From positions 176,100-208,099 of the forward strand of contig NZ_CP020921.1 of NCBI RefSeq assembly GCF_003057965.1: a DNA stretch of 32,000 nt, in the 5' to 3' direction. Shown one piece after another: positions 9,349 to 19,650 of the stretch. Below the pieces are notes generated by a model. The model saw only the letters and a list, made by a program, of their open reading frames with translations. It made no database searches and was not told the DNA's origin. This DNA is from Thermodesulfobium acidiphilum. GTDB lineage: Bacteria > Thermodesulfobiota > Thermodesulfobiia > Thermodesulfobiales > Thermodesulfobiaceae. The translations under genes and the position numbers were made by a program. Numbering within the stretch: the first letter of the stretch is position 1; every line of letters starts with the position of its first letter.

Positions 9349-11151
9349 TTGGATAATATAAGAAATTTTTCGATAATTGCTCACGTAGATCACGGAAAAT
9401 CGACCCTTGCGGATAGGCTGCTGGTTAAATCAAAGATAGTAAACGAAAGAAAACTTGTCCCCCAGATGCTCGACAACATGGATATTGAACGAGAAAGGGG
9501 CATAACAATTAAGGCAAGAACAGTAAGGCTGGATATTAATTGGCAGGGTAAGGACTATATATTAAATCTTATAGATACTCCTGGTCATGTAGATTTCTCT
9601 TACGAAGTTTCTAGGTCGCTTGCTGCATGTGAGGGTGCAATTTTGCTAGTTGATGCTAGTCAGGGGATAGAGGCTCAGACTCTGGCGCATGGTCTTCTTG
9701 CCATAGAACAAGATCTCGTTTTGATACCTGTAATAAACAAAGTGGATTTGCCCACTGCTAATGTTGAGGGGACAAAAAAGGAAATAATGGATGTTTTTGG
9801 CTTTAACGAAGATGAAATAATATTGACCAGTGCAAAAGAGGGTAAGGGGATAGATGAAGTAATTTCTGCAGTTATTGAAAGAATTCCTGCTCCAAAAGGA
9901 GATGTAAGTGAGCCTCTATCGGCTTTGATCTTTGATTCACATTATGATTCTTATAGGGGCGTTGTCGCGTATGTAAGAGTGTTTGAGGGTGAAATAAAAA
10001 GCGGCATAAATATAAGACTTCATTCAACAGGAAAAACTTTTGAAGTACAGGAGATTGGGTATTTTAGAATAGGGCCTGAGAAAACTGATGCTTTAAGGGC
10101 AGGAGAAGTTGGGTATGTGGCTGCAAATATAAAAAATATAGAGGATACACGAGTAGGGGATACCATTGAGGAAGAAAAAAGACCAGCGAAGAAAATTTTA
10201 AAGGGATTTAAGCCCCCATTATCAATGGTTTTTTGTGGACTTTACCCTATAAATACTGATGAATATAACCTTTTGAAGGATGCAATTATGAAACTGAAAC
10301 TAAACGATGCTTCGCTTGTTTTTGAACCAGAAACGTCGGCTGCTTTAGGATTTGGTTTTAGGTGTGGCTTTCTTGGCATGCTTCATATGGAAGTTACTAT
10401 TGAGAGGATTAAAAGAGAATTTGATATCGATCTTATAATTACTCCACCTTCTGTGGTTTTTGAAGCTGTAAAGCAAAACAATGAAATAGTAAAGATTCAT
10501 AACCCCTTGAAAATGCCAGATCCTGGCTCGATAATATCTCTGAGAGAACCGTATGTAAAAGTATCTATTTTCTCTCCTGCAGAATATATAGGTGCTATTA
10601 TGGAACTTTGTTCAAATAAAAGAGGAAATTATATAGACATGGAATATCTAGATGTAAAAAGGGTAATAATGAGGTTTGAAATGCCATTATCTGAAATAAT
10701 TTTAGACTTTTTCCCTTTGTTAAAAACCAAAACAAGAGGTTATGCTTCTCTTGACTATGAATTTATTGGATATAGAGAATCAGATCTTGTTAGGCTAGAT
10801 ATATTGGTTAACAGGGAAAAGGTGGATGCGCTTTCTTCAATAGTTCACAGAAGCAAGGCTCAGGAAATTGGATCAAAAATCGTCTCTTCTTTAAAAAAGT
10901 TGATTCCCAGACATATGTTTGAGATACCTATTCAGGCTGCAGTGGGTTCAAAAATTCTTGCCAGAGAAAACATTGCTGCAATGAAGAAAAACGTTTTACA
11001 AAAATGTTATGGAGGAGATATAACTCGTAAGAGAAAGCTCCTGGAAAAGCAAAAGGAAGGGAAAAAGAAAATGAAAATGTTAGGGGATGTCCAAATCCCT
11101 CAAGAAGTGTTTTTTGAGATTTTGAAGAGCTCTAGTGAACAAAAAAATTAG
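9349..11151 (+). CDS. lepA: Elongation factor 4 (LepA)
   Basis: 600 aa; [59 protein letters not shown]-terminal [34 protein letters not shown] start. Confidence 0.98.
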   Translation: MDNIRNFSIIAHVDHGKSTLADRLLVKSKIVNERKLVPQMLDNMDIERERGITIKARTVRLDINWQGKDYILNLIDTPGHVDFSYEVSRSLAACEGAILLVDASQGIEAQTLAHGLLAIEQDLVLIPVINKVDLPTANVEGTKKEIMDVFGFNEDEIILTSAKEGKGIDEVISAVIERIPAPKGDVSEPLSALIFDSHYDSYRGVVAYVRVFEGEIKSGINIRLHSTGKTFEVQEIGYFRIGPEKTDALRAGEVGYVAANIKNIEDTRVGDTIEEEKRPAKKILKGFKPPLSMVFCGLYPINTDEYNLLKDAIMKLKLNDASLVFEPETSAALGFGFRCGFLGMLHMEVTIERIKREFDIDLIITPPSVVFEAVKQNNEIVKIHNPLKMPDPGSIISLREPYVKVSIFSPAEYIGAIMELCSNKRGNYIDMEYLDVKRVIMRFEMPLSEIILDFFPLLKTKTRGYASLDYEFIGYRESDLVRLDILVNREKVDALSSIVHRSKAQEIGSKIVSSLKKLIPRHMFEIPIQAAVGSKILARENIAAMKKNVLQKCYGGDITRKRKLLEKQKEGKKKMKMLGDVQIPQEVFFEILKSSSEQKN

Positions 11152-12274
11152 CTTTTTTTTAGACGACTTTGAATTAGGCAAAGACAGCGTTTTGGGCATT
11201 TATATACATATCCCTTTTTGTGAAAAAAGGTGCAATTATTGTCATTTTTTTTCAAGAATTTTAAAGCCAAACCATATTGAAAAGTTCTTTGAGGCGCTGG
11301 TTTCTGAAATAGAGTACTACGAAAAAACTGATAGAAATTTATTTGAGAAATCGTTTGTTGACAGCATATATTTTGGTGGTGGAACTCCTTCCATGGTAAA
11401 GCCATTTGTGTTAAAAAATTTAATTGAAATTCTTGGTTCTAAATTTAATTTTAAGAACCCGGAGATTACTCTTGAAGCTCATCCAAAATCTTTTTTAGAA
11501 AATTATAAGGACAAAAATGACGTATTTTTTAACAGGTTGAGTCTCGGGATAGTTTCTTTTGAAGAAAAGGAACTTTTAAACCTTAATAGAGAAAATTTTG
11601 GTTATCCAGCTCTGATATTAGCAAAAGAGCTTGGTATTGAAAACGTTAACGTTGACTTGTTAATAGGAATACCTGGTCAAAATTTAGCTTCATTTAAGAA
11701 GTCATTAGATATTATTTGCCAGTTTGACAATGTAAGAGGTGTATCCATTTATCCTCTTGAAGCTGACTTTGTTGAATCAGATGAAAAAGTACTTGAGCTT
11801 ATGGATTATTCTGAAGAGTATTTGGATAAGATGGGATATATAAGATATGAGATTGCTAACTATGCAAAGGATGGTTTCTTTTGCAGACACAATTTGAAGT
11901 ATTGGGAATATATGAATTTTTTGTCATTTGGCCCCTCTTCTTCATCAAAGATTGGAAATCATAGATTTAAGAGGTCTTCAAATCTAAATAGCTATCTGGA
12001 AAAGAAGTTTTTTTTAGAAGAGGACATAAGACTTTCAGAAGAGGATCTCTTTTTTGAGAAAATAATGATGGGGCTTAGATTGATGAAGGGAATCAAAATT
12101 TCAGAATTAGAGACCCAATTTGACAAAGGGCTTGTAGAAGACTTTTTAATAAAAATTAAAAAGTTCGAAGAACTTGTTAAAATAGAAAATGATATGGTTT
12201 TTCTTACTAAAAAAGGTATTATTTTTATGAACGATTTTTTGGTAGAAATAATGCCCGATCGAAAAGTGCTTTGA
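11135..12274 (+). CDS. hemW: Radical SAM heme chaperone HemW (oxygen-independent coproporphyrinogen oxidase-like)
   Basis: 379 aa; [55 protein letters not shown]. Overlaps lepA by 17 nt. Confidence 0.9.
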   Translation: MNKKISFFLDDFELGKDSVLGIYIHIPFCEKRCNYCHFFSRILKPNHIEKFFEALVSEIEYYEKTDRNLFEKSFVDSIYFGGGTPSMVKPFVLKNLIEILGSKFNFKNPEITLEAHPKSFLENYKDKNDVFFNRLSLGIVSFEEKELLNLNRENFGYPALILAKELGIENVNVDLLIGIPGQNLASFKKSLDIICQFDNVRGVSIYPLEADFVESDEKVLELMDYSEEYLDKMGYIRYEIANYAKDGFFCRHNLKYWEYMNFLSFGPSSSSKIGNHRFKRSSNLNSYLEKKFFLEEDIRLSEEDLFFEKIMMGLRLMKGIKISELETQFDKGLVEDFLIKIKKFEELVKIENDMVFLTKKGIIFMNDFLVEIMPDRKVL

Positions 12275-12312
12275 ATTTAGAGAATTTCTAAGATTTTGCA
12301 AGAGGTGTTATA

Positions 12313-12498
12313 TTGTTAAGTGATAAAGATGGTCTTTCAGAAGGAATGACTCTAAAATCAAGAGTGCCCCATGTTTGTGGCTCAAACTTGTGGACCATTA
12401 TTTACCTTGGATCTGATGTAGTTCTCAGATGTAATAATTGTTCAACTGTAGTAATGGTTCCAAGAAAGAAGTTGTTTAGAAAATTTAGAAAATTGTAG
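12313..12498 (+). CDS. DUF951 family small protein
   Basis: 61 aa; LKSRVPHVCGSNLWTIIYLGSDVVLRCNNCSTVVMVPRKKLFRKFRKL. TTG start. Confidence 0.8.
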   Translation: MLSDKDGLSEGMTLKSRVPHVCGSNLWTIIYLGSDVVLRCNNCSTVVMVPRKKLFRKFRKL

Positions 12499-12522
12499 TG
12501 AAAGCATTTTGGAGGAAAAAAA

Positions 12523-13608
12523 ATGATTAAATTAGCAGATTTTAACAAAGAATATAATAAATTAAAAAACGAGATAGATAGAGAAGTATTGAAAGTACTA
12601 GATAGTGGATCGTATATAATGGGGAAAGAGGTAAGAGATCTAGAAACTAATCTTTCCAATTATCTTGGCGTAAAGGCCTATACGGTTGCTTCCGGGACAG
12701 ATGCGCTGTTAATTGCCCTGAGGGCTGCTTCTATTGGTCAAGGAGATGAGGTTATAACCACTCCGTTTACTTTTGTTGCTACTGCAAGTACTATAACTTT
12801 TACTGGAGCTAAACCTGTTTTTGTAGATATTGACGAAGAGACCTTTAACATAAATCCAAAATTAATTGAAGAAAAGATCACTGAGAGGACAAAGGCTATT
12901 TTGCCAGTTCATCTTTTTGGGCACAGCGCTGATATGGAAGAGATATTGAGAATTGCAAAAAAGTATAATCTAATTGTAATAGAAGATAATGCTCAGGCAT
13001 TTGGTTCGCTTTACAATGGCAAAAAAACTGGTTCAATAGGAGATATTAGTGCCCTTTCGTTTTTTCCTACAAAAAATTTGGGTGCGTATGGGGATGCTGG
13101 TGCGGTATTTGCAAAGGATGAAAAAATTTGTGAGAAGATTGATATGCTCAGATCTCATGGAAGTAAAAAGAAATATTTATATGAAATTATAGGATACAAT
13201 TCTAGACTGGATACTATTCAGGCAGCAATTTTGAACGTGAAGTTAAAATATTTTGAGAATTTTATAGAAAAAAAGAGAAAACTAGCGAGTATCTATCTTG
13301 AAGAACTAAAGGGTTTTGTTGCCCTCCCTGTAGAAAAAGAAAATTGTCGTCACAGCTATCATCAATTTACCATTAGAGTAAAGAATAGAGATGAACTTTT
13401 TTCATATTTATCTTCGAACAACATACAATCAGCTATCCACTACCCATTGCCTCTACATCTTCAAAAGGCTTTTAATTATCTCGGTTATAAAGAAGGTTCT
13501 TTCCCAGTTGCAGAAAAGGTGTCAAAAGAAGTTCTTTCCCTTCCTATCTTCCATACATTGAGCGAGGAGGAAATATATAGAGTTTGTCAGGTTATAAAAA
13601 ACAGATAA
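12523..13608 (+). CDS. DegT/DnrJ/EryC1/StrS-family PLP-dependent aminotransferase
   Basis: 361 aa; VASGTDALLIALRA, TFTFVATAS, IEDNAQAFGSLYNGKKTGSIGDISALSFFPTKNLGAYGDAGAVF (PLP Lys), HYPLPLHLQKAF. Confidence 0.95.
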   Translation: MIKLADFNKEYNKLKNEIDREVLKVLDSGSYIMGKEVRDLETNLSNYLGVKAYTVASGTDALLIALRAASIGQGDEVITTPFTFVATASTITFTGAKPVFVDIDEETFNINPKLIEEKITERTKAILPVHLFGHSADMEEILRIAKKYNLIVIEDNAQAFGSLYNGKKTGSIGDISALSFFPTKNLGAYGDAGAVFAKDEKICEKIDMLRSHGSKKKYLYEIIGYNSRLDTIQAAILNVKLKYFENFIEKKRKLASIYLEELKGFVALPVEKENCRHSYHQFTIRVKNRDELFSYLSSNNIQSAIHYPLPLHLQKAFNYLGYKEGSFPVAEKVSKEVLSLPIFHTLSEEEIYRVCQVIKNR

Positions 13609-13671
13609 AAATTGAATTTGAAGGCAAACGTATAAGATGTTTTGTTTTAAGAAAAGATCATCTTTATATGT

Positions 13672-15351
13672 TTGTCAAAAGGCTTAGCGAAAATGTCCTG
13701 TGATCTGCCTAGATACAGATGGAAAAAGCCCTTATTCGAAAATATTTTAGATAGAAGCGTTTATGGGTATGTAAAATATATTCTTGAAAACAGACAGCTA
13801 TCTAAAAGCCATATTGAAAAGTTTTTAAATATTTCTATAGACAATTTTGACCCTAAGTTTGAAAACGATAGCGTAGAAAGGGCCATTGAGGTTTTTAGAG
13901 ATATGATTAATGCTAATGAACCTATTGGTATTTTTGGGGATTATGATGCTGATGGAATAACTTCTGTAGCGATTCTTTGCATTTTTCTTTCTTATCTGGG
14001 TAAAAAATTTATATTTAAGCTTCCTACAAGAGATGAAGGCTATGGCATTAGAGTTGATGTCTTAGAATTCTTTAAAGATATGGGCATAAACAATATTATT
14101 GTGTTGGATTCCGGTTCAAACTCTAGAGAAGTATGGCAGGCCGCTAGTAAAATGGGGCTTAATTTGCTTTATCTAGATCATCATGAGATTCTTTGTGATT
14201 TAGAGAAGGATCTAAACCTTGTAAATCCTCATTTGTGGAATGGAGATCTACTTTGTAGTGCTGGTGTGATATTCAGGTTCTTAATGCTATTGGACAAGTT
14301 CAAGAGCTGTTGTGAAGTATTTCCTACTTTACTGGAATTAGCTACTATTGGAACAGTTGGAGATTCTGTAGAATTATTGGGAGACAGCAGGATTATTGTA
14401 AAATTGGGTTTAAATCAGCTAAAAAACAGCACAATTCCAGGAATTGTAAATTTTTTTAATGTCAGATTGCCTTATATTACAATTGAAGACTTGATGTTTT
14501 ATCTGGTTCCGCTGATAAATTCTGCTGGAAGAGTTGGTAAGCCCGATCTTGCTCTGAGTTTCCTACTTGAAAAAGATTTTCATAAATCCATTGAAAAGTG
14601 TGATCTTCTTGAATCTTTGAATCAAAAAAGAAAATCTATTCAAAGTCAGTTTTTTTCTATATGTATGAGTATTTTGAACGAAAGTTTATATTCTCCACAT
14701 GTTCACTTTATGAGATTGGACGACTGCCCTAAGGGCATAATTGGTCCTCTTGCATCTAGACTTGCGTGTTCTTATAAAAAACCCTTTTTTCTTTGTTCTG
14801 GAGAACAATTGTTATACGGTTCAGGGAGGAGTCCTGGAAACGATATAGATTTGATAGAATTATATAATCAAATAAAATCAGAATATCCAGCAATAAACGA
14901 TCATTTTATAAACTTTGGAGGTCATCAAGGCGCTGTTGGTTTTACAATAAAAAGAGATGCCTTTCCTGAAATAAAAAAGAGATTTGAAAGGTTTAGGATA
15001 AGAGAAAGTATCCCATTTTTAAATATCGATATATCCTTTGATGGCTTTTCAATTGACGATAACTTTTTTAGATCTTTAAAGGCTATGACCCCCTTTGGAT
15101 TTGGCAACCAAAAGGTTTTGGTTCATACTAAAGGAGTAGAGCTTAAAAGCCTTGAAAGCAGCATAGATTATTCTGAAGTTGTAGTTTTTAAGCACTATAA
15201 TAACATTAGATGGATAATAAAAAATAATAGACAGATTTTAAAAGATTTGCTTAACGCAAGATTTGACGTTGTTTGGGAAGCAAAGGTTAAAAACGATGGA
15301 ATTGACTTTGAATTTTTGGACGCAAAAGTAGTTTTTTTGAATTGTTGTTAG
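13672..15351 (+). CDS. RecJ-like DHH/DHHA1 single-strand exonuclease (divergent)
   Basis: 559 aa; GIFGDYDADGITSVAI, LLYLDHHEI, ATIGTVGDSVELLGD, LINSAGRVGKPDLA, GSGRSPGNDIDL, NFGGHQGAVGFTI. TTG start. Confidence 0.82.
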   Translation: MSKGLAKMSCDLPRYRWKKPLFENILDRSVYGYVKYILENRQLSKSHIEKFLNISIDNFDPKFENDSVERAIEVFRDMINANEPIGIFGDYDADGITSVAILCIFLSYLGKKFIFKLPTRDEGYGIRVDVLEFFKDMGINNIIVLDSGSNSREVWQAASKMGLNLLYLDHHEILCDLEKDLNLVNPHLWNGDLLCSAGVIFRFLMLLDKFKSCCEVFPTLLELATIGTVGDSVELLGDSRIIVKLGLNQLKNSTIPGIVNFFNVRLPYITIEDLMFYLVPLINSAGRVGKPDLALSFLLEKDFHKSIEKCDLLESLNQKRKSIQSQFFSICMSILNESLYSPHVHFMRLDDCPKGIIGPLASRLACSYKKPFFLCSGEQLLYGSGRSPGNDIDLIELYNQIKSEYPAINDHFINFGGHQGAVGFTIKRDAFPEIKKRFERFRIRESIPFLNIDISFDGFSIDDNFFRSLKAMTPFGFGNQKVLVHTKGVELKSLESSIDYSEVVVFKHYNNIRWIIKNNRQILKDLLNARFDVVWEAKVKNDGIDFEFLDAKVVFLNCC

Positions 15352-15380
15352 CTATATTTTGAGAGGAAAAAACTATTAGT

Positions 15381-17714
15381 ATGTCAGTAAATCAGGAAAA
15401 GAAATTAAATACTTTAAAAAAGCCCTCAGATGAGAAGGAATCTGTTAAGAATCTGGGTGCTGATTTGGCCGTTAATAACTCTGGTTCAGATATTCAAGCC
15501 TTATCAGAAGTAGAACCCAATTTAGAAGAGCTCTTTTCTAATTTTCCTGGCTTAAAAGAGCTATTAGATGGTTTCGATGAGTCTGAAAGAGAATTTTTAT
15601 TAAGGTGTTTTGTTTTTGCATATTCTAGACATGGTGACCAGAGGAGGCTTTCAGGCGAGCCTTATATATATCACCCTCTTAACGTTGCGCTGATACTTAA
15701 AGAGGTTGGAATGGATTATAGATGCTTAGGCGCTGCGATTTTACATGATGTTCTTGAGGATACACAAACATCACCTGAAGAAATAAAAGCAAATTTTGGT
15801 GAAGATATCCTGGTTCTTGTAGATGGAGTAACAAAACTTGGAAAATTAAGGTTCAAATCTCCAAGGGAGAGACAGGCTGAGTCTTTCAGGAAGATGTTTG
15901 TAGCTATGGCAAAGGATATTAGGGTTGTTGTAATAAAGTTAGCTGATAGACTCCACAATATGAGAACCCTTGAAATTCTTGCCAACGAGAAAAAGGAACA
16001 CATAGCAAATGAAACTCTTAAGATATTTGCACCTTTAGCTCACAGGTTAGGAATGTGGGTTATCAAAAGCGAATTAGAAGACCTTGCCCTCTATTATCTT
16101 GATAGAGACATGTTTAATCATATTTTAATGTATATGGAATCGAACATCAACAATCACGTTAATTTTTTATCAAAAATAGAGGGTATATTACAAGAAAGTT
16201 TCCAAAAAGAGTTAAACTGTAACTTTAAGATAAAGAGAAGAAAAAAACACATTTATAGCGTTTATCAGAAACTCAAGAGAACTAATAAAAGTATCGATGA
16301 TATTTACGACATATTTGGTTTAAGGATAATAATAGGTGAAGACGTAGAAGGAGAAGATCCATATATTAGCAGTTGTTATCATGTTCTTGGAATTATTCAC
16401 TCTCTTTTTCCTCCTATTCCGGGCAGATTTAAGGATTTTATTGCAGCGCCAAAACCTAATAACTATCAATCGCTTCATACTACTGTATTAGGTCCTGGAG
16501 GGATTAGGGTTGAGATTCAAATTCGAACAGCCAAGATGGACAGAATTGCAGAAGTTGGTGTGGCAGCGCACTGGCTTTATAAAGAAAGAAAAACTAGTTC
16601 AATCAGAGATATAAACGAACTAAAGCTTATATGGCTCAGACAGCTTCTTGAGTGGCAAAGCGACATAAAGGGCGCAGAATTTATGGATATGGTTGAGTCA
16701 AGCTTTAACGAGGAAGAAATCTTTGTTTTTACACCGCAAGGAGATATATTAGATCTTGAAGCCGATTCAACTCCTATAGATTTTGCTTATAGAATTCATA
16801 CAGAAGTTGGTAATAAGTGTATTGGTGCAAAGGTTAACTCTAAGATGGTAGCTTTAAATACCCCTCTTCAAACAGGAGATGTGGTAGAGATCGTAACTTC
16901 AAAGAATGCAAAGCCACACCTTTCGTGGTTAAACTTTGTAAAAACAAGTTTAGCAAGACAAAGGATTAAAAGTTATTTTAAAAAGGAACACAAGAACGAA
17001 GCAGTTTTGGCAGGCAGACAAAAAATACTAAAAGAATTGTCCAGACTAAACATAGTTATAGAAGAAAATCAAAGACAAAATCTAATTCTTGAGGTTGCAA
17101 AAAAACTTAACTTTGCTTCTGCTGATGATCTTCTGGCTGCAGTTGGATTTGAAGATATTTCCGCGCACAGCGTTGTAAACAAGATTAAGGATATGATTGT
17201 AAAGCCTGAGGAGACCTTACCCACCTTTAAGGCAAAGGAAGTAACAAAGAAAAAAGATGACGTTATAAAAATAGGAGATATTGGCGGGCTGGAAGTTACT
17301 TTTGCTAAGTGTTGTGGTCCTGTTCCAGGAGATAGAATAAAGGGTTATGTTAGTCGTGGAAGAGGCTTGATAGTCCATAGAGAGAACTGTCCAAATCTTT
17401 TGAAACAGATTGCCAGAGAAGGTAATGATAGAATTGTAGATTTAAATTGGAATAACCAGCTGAAAGCAGAATCATATGAAAGTTATATGATAGTTGAGGG
17501 CACAGACAGAGTAGGTTTTATGAAAGATATTCTTATTAGAGTTGCCAGTCTGAACGTAAATGTGGTGAAGGCTTCTGTAAATACTAATAAGGCAAAGAAA
17601 AAGGTTTACATGATCTTGGAAGTTCAACTGAAGGATAATCTTGAAAGAGAGAAATTGATAAAGGAACTAAGAGAAGTTCCAGATGTAATAGATGTAAGAC
17701 AAAGAGGAGAATGA
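15381..17714 (+). CDS. RelA/SpoT family (p)ppGpp synthetase/hydrolase
   Basis: 777 aa; HD motif AILHDVLEDTQT, KLADRLHNMRTL, synthetase motif GRFKDFIAAPKPNNYQSLHTTVLG, TGS domain, zinc-finger-like CCGPVPGDRI, C-terminal ACT. Confidence 0.96.
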   Translation: MSVNQEKKLNTLKKPSDEKESVKNLGADLAVNNSGSDIQALSEVEPNLEELFSNFPGLKELLDGFDESEREFLLRCFVFAYSRHGDQRRLSGEPYIYHPLNVALILKEVGMDYRCLGAAILHDVLEDTQTSPEEIKANFGEDILVLVDGVTKLGKLRFKSPRERQAESFRKMFVAMAKDIRVVVIKLADRLHNMRTLEILANEKKEHIANETLKIFAPLAHRLGMWVIKSELEDLALYYLDRDMFNHILMYMESNINNHVNFLSKIEGILQESFQKELNCNFKIKRRKKHIYSVYQKLKRTNKSIDDIYDIFGLRIIIGEDVEGEDPYISSCYHVLGIIHSLFPPIPGRFKDFIAAPKPNNYQSLHTTVLGPGGIRVEIQIRTAKMDRIAEVGVAAHWLYKERKTSSIRDINELKLIWLRQLLEWQSDIKGAEFMDMVESSFNEEEIFVFTPQGDILDLEADSTPIDFAYRIHTEVGNKCIGAKVNSKMVALNTPLQTGDVVEIVTSKNAKPHLSWLNFVKTSLARQRIKSYFKKEHKNEAVLAGRQKILKELSRLNIVIEENQRQNLILEVAKKLNFASADDLLAAVGFEDISAHSVVNKIKDMIVKPEETLPTFKAKEVTKKKDDVIKIGDIGGLEVTFAKCCGPVPGDRIKGYVSRGRGLIVHRENCPNLLKQIAREGNDRIVDLNWNNQLKAESYESYMIVEGTDRVGFMKDILIRVASLNVNVVKASVNTNKAKKKVYMILEVQLKDNLEREKLIKELREVPDVIDVRQRGE

Positions 17715-17718
17715 ACTA

Positions 17719-19344
17719 GTGTTTTTAATTAAAGATTTGAACCTGGAAGATATCCCTGAACTTCCAGGCGTTTATATGTTTTTCTCGAAGGAAAAGAAGC
17801 CATTATATGTAGGCAAGGCGATAAATCTTCTAAACAGGTTAAGAAGTTATCTTAAAAGCAAATCACACGATCAAAAAACTGCCTTAATGTTAAGCGAAGC
17901 AAGGTATCTGGACTTTATAATTGTAAGAAACGAATATGAAGCTCTTATTCTTGAAATGACTCTTATAAAAGAAAAGGTTCCAAAATATAACGTTCAATTA
18001 AGAGACAACAAATCATATCCATACATAAAAATAGATTTTAACGAAGATTTTCCAGCTTTAGAGTTGTTTAGGGGTAAACCAAAGGATAAAAAGAACGTTT
18101 TGTACATAGGTCCATATCCTGATGGTTCGAATTTAAGAAACCTTTTAGGTTATATAAATAACACTCTTCCTTTGAGAAAATGTTCGAAAAATACCTTTAA
18201 GCATGCTAAATCGTTTTGTATAAGATATCAGATGAAACAATGTTTAGCCCCTTGTGTCGGACTAACCAATAAAGAAGATTATAAAAAGATATTATTGATA
18301 GCGAAAGATTGGCTTTCAGGCGATCTGGACAAAGTTAAAAAAGACATGGTTAAAGAGATAGAGAGGTTTTCTAATGAAGAAAATTTTGAGCAGGCGGCAA
18401 GGCTTAGAGATAGCCTTTCATATATAGAATCGTTTTCAGATATAAAAGTGGTAGATCCTCAGGGAAAGTTGAACGCTGACGCAATTTATATTAATAAATT
18501 GGGAGACGTATCTCTTGTTCAAGTAAGACATGGCCTTGTTTCAACCAATATAATAAAAAGAATGACTAATGTTGAACAAACAAATCTGCATGATGCTGTG
18601 CTGTTTTTTTTATATGACTTTTATTCGAATATAGAACCTGGAAAATTTGTTTTTATAAATGTTTTTCTTGATGAAGTTGGTTTGATCGAAAGGTTTTTGC
18701 AAGAAAAGTGGGGCAAAAAGCGAAAAATAAAGGTTATAGATGAAGAATTACTTCAAGATGTAGATCTTTTTAAAAAAAATAAATCCAGGTTGAATATTAA
18801 ATATATAGAGATCTTGAAGATTGCAAAGGAAAATTTATTTGTAAAAGATAAGATAAACATTTTTAAAGCAGGTTTTGAAAGACTTTCAGAAATATTTGGC
18901 AGAAAAATTTCATTGGTTTATGCCCTGGATATTGCGCATTTTCAAGGGGAGGCTACAGTAGCAGGCCTATCTGCGGCTGATGAAAGGGGATTGAGAAAAA
19001 GATATTATAGAAGAGTAAGACTTACAGATAATAACATAGATGATTATGCGTCTATGGATGAGGCGCTCAAGATCATTTCTAAAAAAAATATAGAAGCAGA
19101 TATTTTGTTGATAGATGGCGGTTTGGGACAATTAGAGGTTGCATTAAGAAATTTAAAGGATTCTTACACAACTGTTATATCTCTGGCAAAGGGAGAAGAA
19201 ATTATATACCTGATGGATAAAAAAGAGTTGAGACTACCAAAGAGCGACTATGCTTTGAGGGCATTAATGTACTTGAGGGACGAGGCACATAGATTTGCTA
19301 ACGAATATCGTAAATACCTACTTTCCAAAACCAGAAAGCCTTGA
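17719..19344 (+). CDS. uvrC: Excinuclease ABC subunit C, C-terminally short
   Basis: 541 aa; N-terminal GIY-YIG (LPGVYMFFSKEKKPLYVGKAINLLNRLRSYL), CSKNTFKHAKSFCIRYQMKQCLAPCVG, UVR motif region, RNase H-like DIAHFQGEATV...DDYASMDEAL, DGGLGQL, LRDEAHRFANEYR. Confidence 0.93.
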   Translation: MFLIKDLNLEDIPELPGVYMFFSKEKKPLYVGKAINLLNRLRSYLKSKSHDQKTALMLSEARYLDFIIVRNEYEALILEMTLIKEKVPKYNVQLRDNKSYPYIKIDFNEDFPALELFRGKPKDKKNVLYIGPYPDGSNLRNLLGYINNTLPLRKCSKNTFKHAKSFCIRYQMKQCLAPCVGLTNKEDYKKILLIAKDWLSGDLDKVKKDMVKEIERFSNEENFEQAARLRDSLSYIESFSDIKVVDPQGKLNADAIYINKLGDVSLVQVRHGLVSTNIIKRMTNVEQTNLHDAVLFFLYDFYSNIEPGKFVFINVFLDEVGLIERFLQEKWGKKRKIKVIDEELLQDVDLFKKNKSRLNIKYIEILKIAKENLFVKDKINIFKAGFERLSEIFGRKISLVYALDIAHFQGEATVAGLSAADERGLRKRYYRRVRLTDNNIDDYASMDEALKIISKKNIEADILLIDGGLGQLEVALRNLKDSYTTVISLAKGEEIIYLMDKKELRLPKSDYALRALMYLRDEAHRFANEYRKYLLSKTRKP

Positions 19345-19380
19345 AGATCTGAAAGCTGTTTAATTTACTTTAGTTTTATT

Positions 19381-19393
19381 TGTGCTAAAATAA
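19381..19393 (+). promoter_or_regulatory. Candidate extended -10 promoter element upstream of M23 copy 1
   Basis: TGTGCTAAAATAA matches TRTGnTAnAAT; the same 13-mer recurs upstream of copy 2 at 20835-20847 at near-identical distance to the 221-bp repeat. Confidence 0.45.
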
Positions 19394-19429
19394 CCAAAAA
19401 ATTATTTTGTTTTTTGAATTTTACACTAT

Positions 19430-19650
19430 TTTTTGGCTCTTTTTAGAGAGGGAGGTCTTTTGTGCTAAAGCTTATGAGATCGGGTAAGTTTATATTCTTT
19501 GTAACCATAATACTTGTTATTGTATTTATACTAACTTCGGTAATTCTGTTTTTACCTGTATTCCCAAGGTGAAATGAATCGATACATAATTTCTCTCCTA
19601 CTTTCACTTTTTCTTCTAACGGTTATATTGCCTTATGCTATTGGAAAATC
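19430..19650 (+). repeat. 221-bp perfect direct repeat, copy 1
   Basis: TTTTTGGCTCTTTTTAGAGAGGGAGG...CCTTATGCTATTGGAAAATC is identical to 20882-21102 (constant offset 1452). Confidence 0.95.
19462..19572 (+). CDS. 36-aa micro-ORF, single-TM peptide MLKLMRSGKFIFFVTIILVIVFILTSVILFLPVFPR
   Basis: GTG start after GAGGGAGG, stop TGA one nt before the ATG of the M23 gene (TGA-A-ATG). Repeated identically at copy 2. Below the length cutoff of the ORF track. Confidence 0.55.
   Translation: MLKLMRSGKFIFFVTIILVIVFILTSVILFLPVFPR

Noticed and set aside
14925-16003. Minus-strand ORFs of 60 and 95 aa
   Set aside because: Antisense to recJ-like and relA/spoT coding regions, no independent support.
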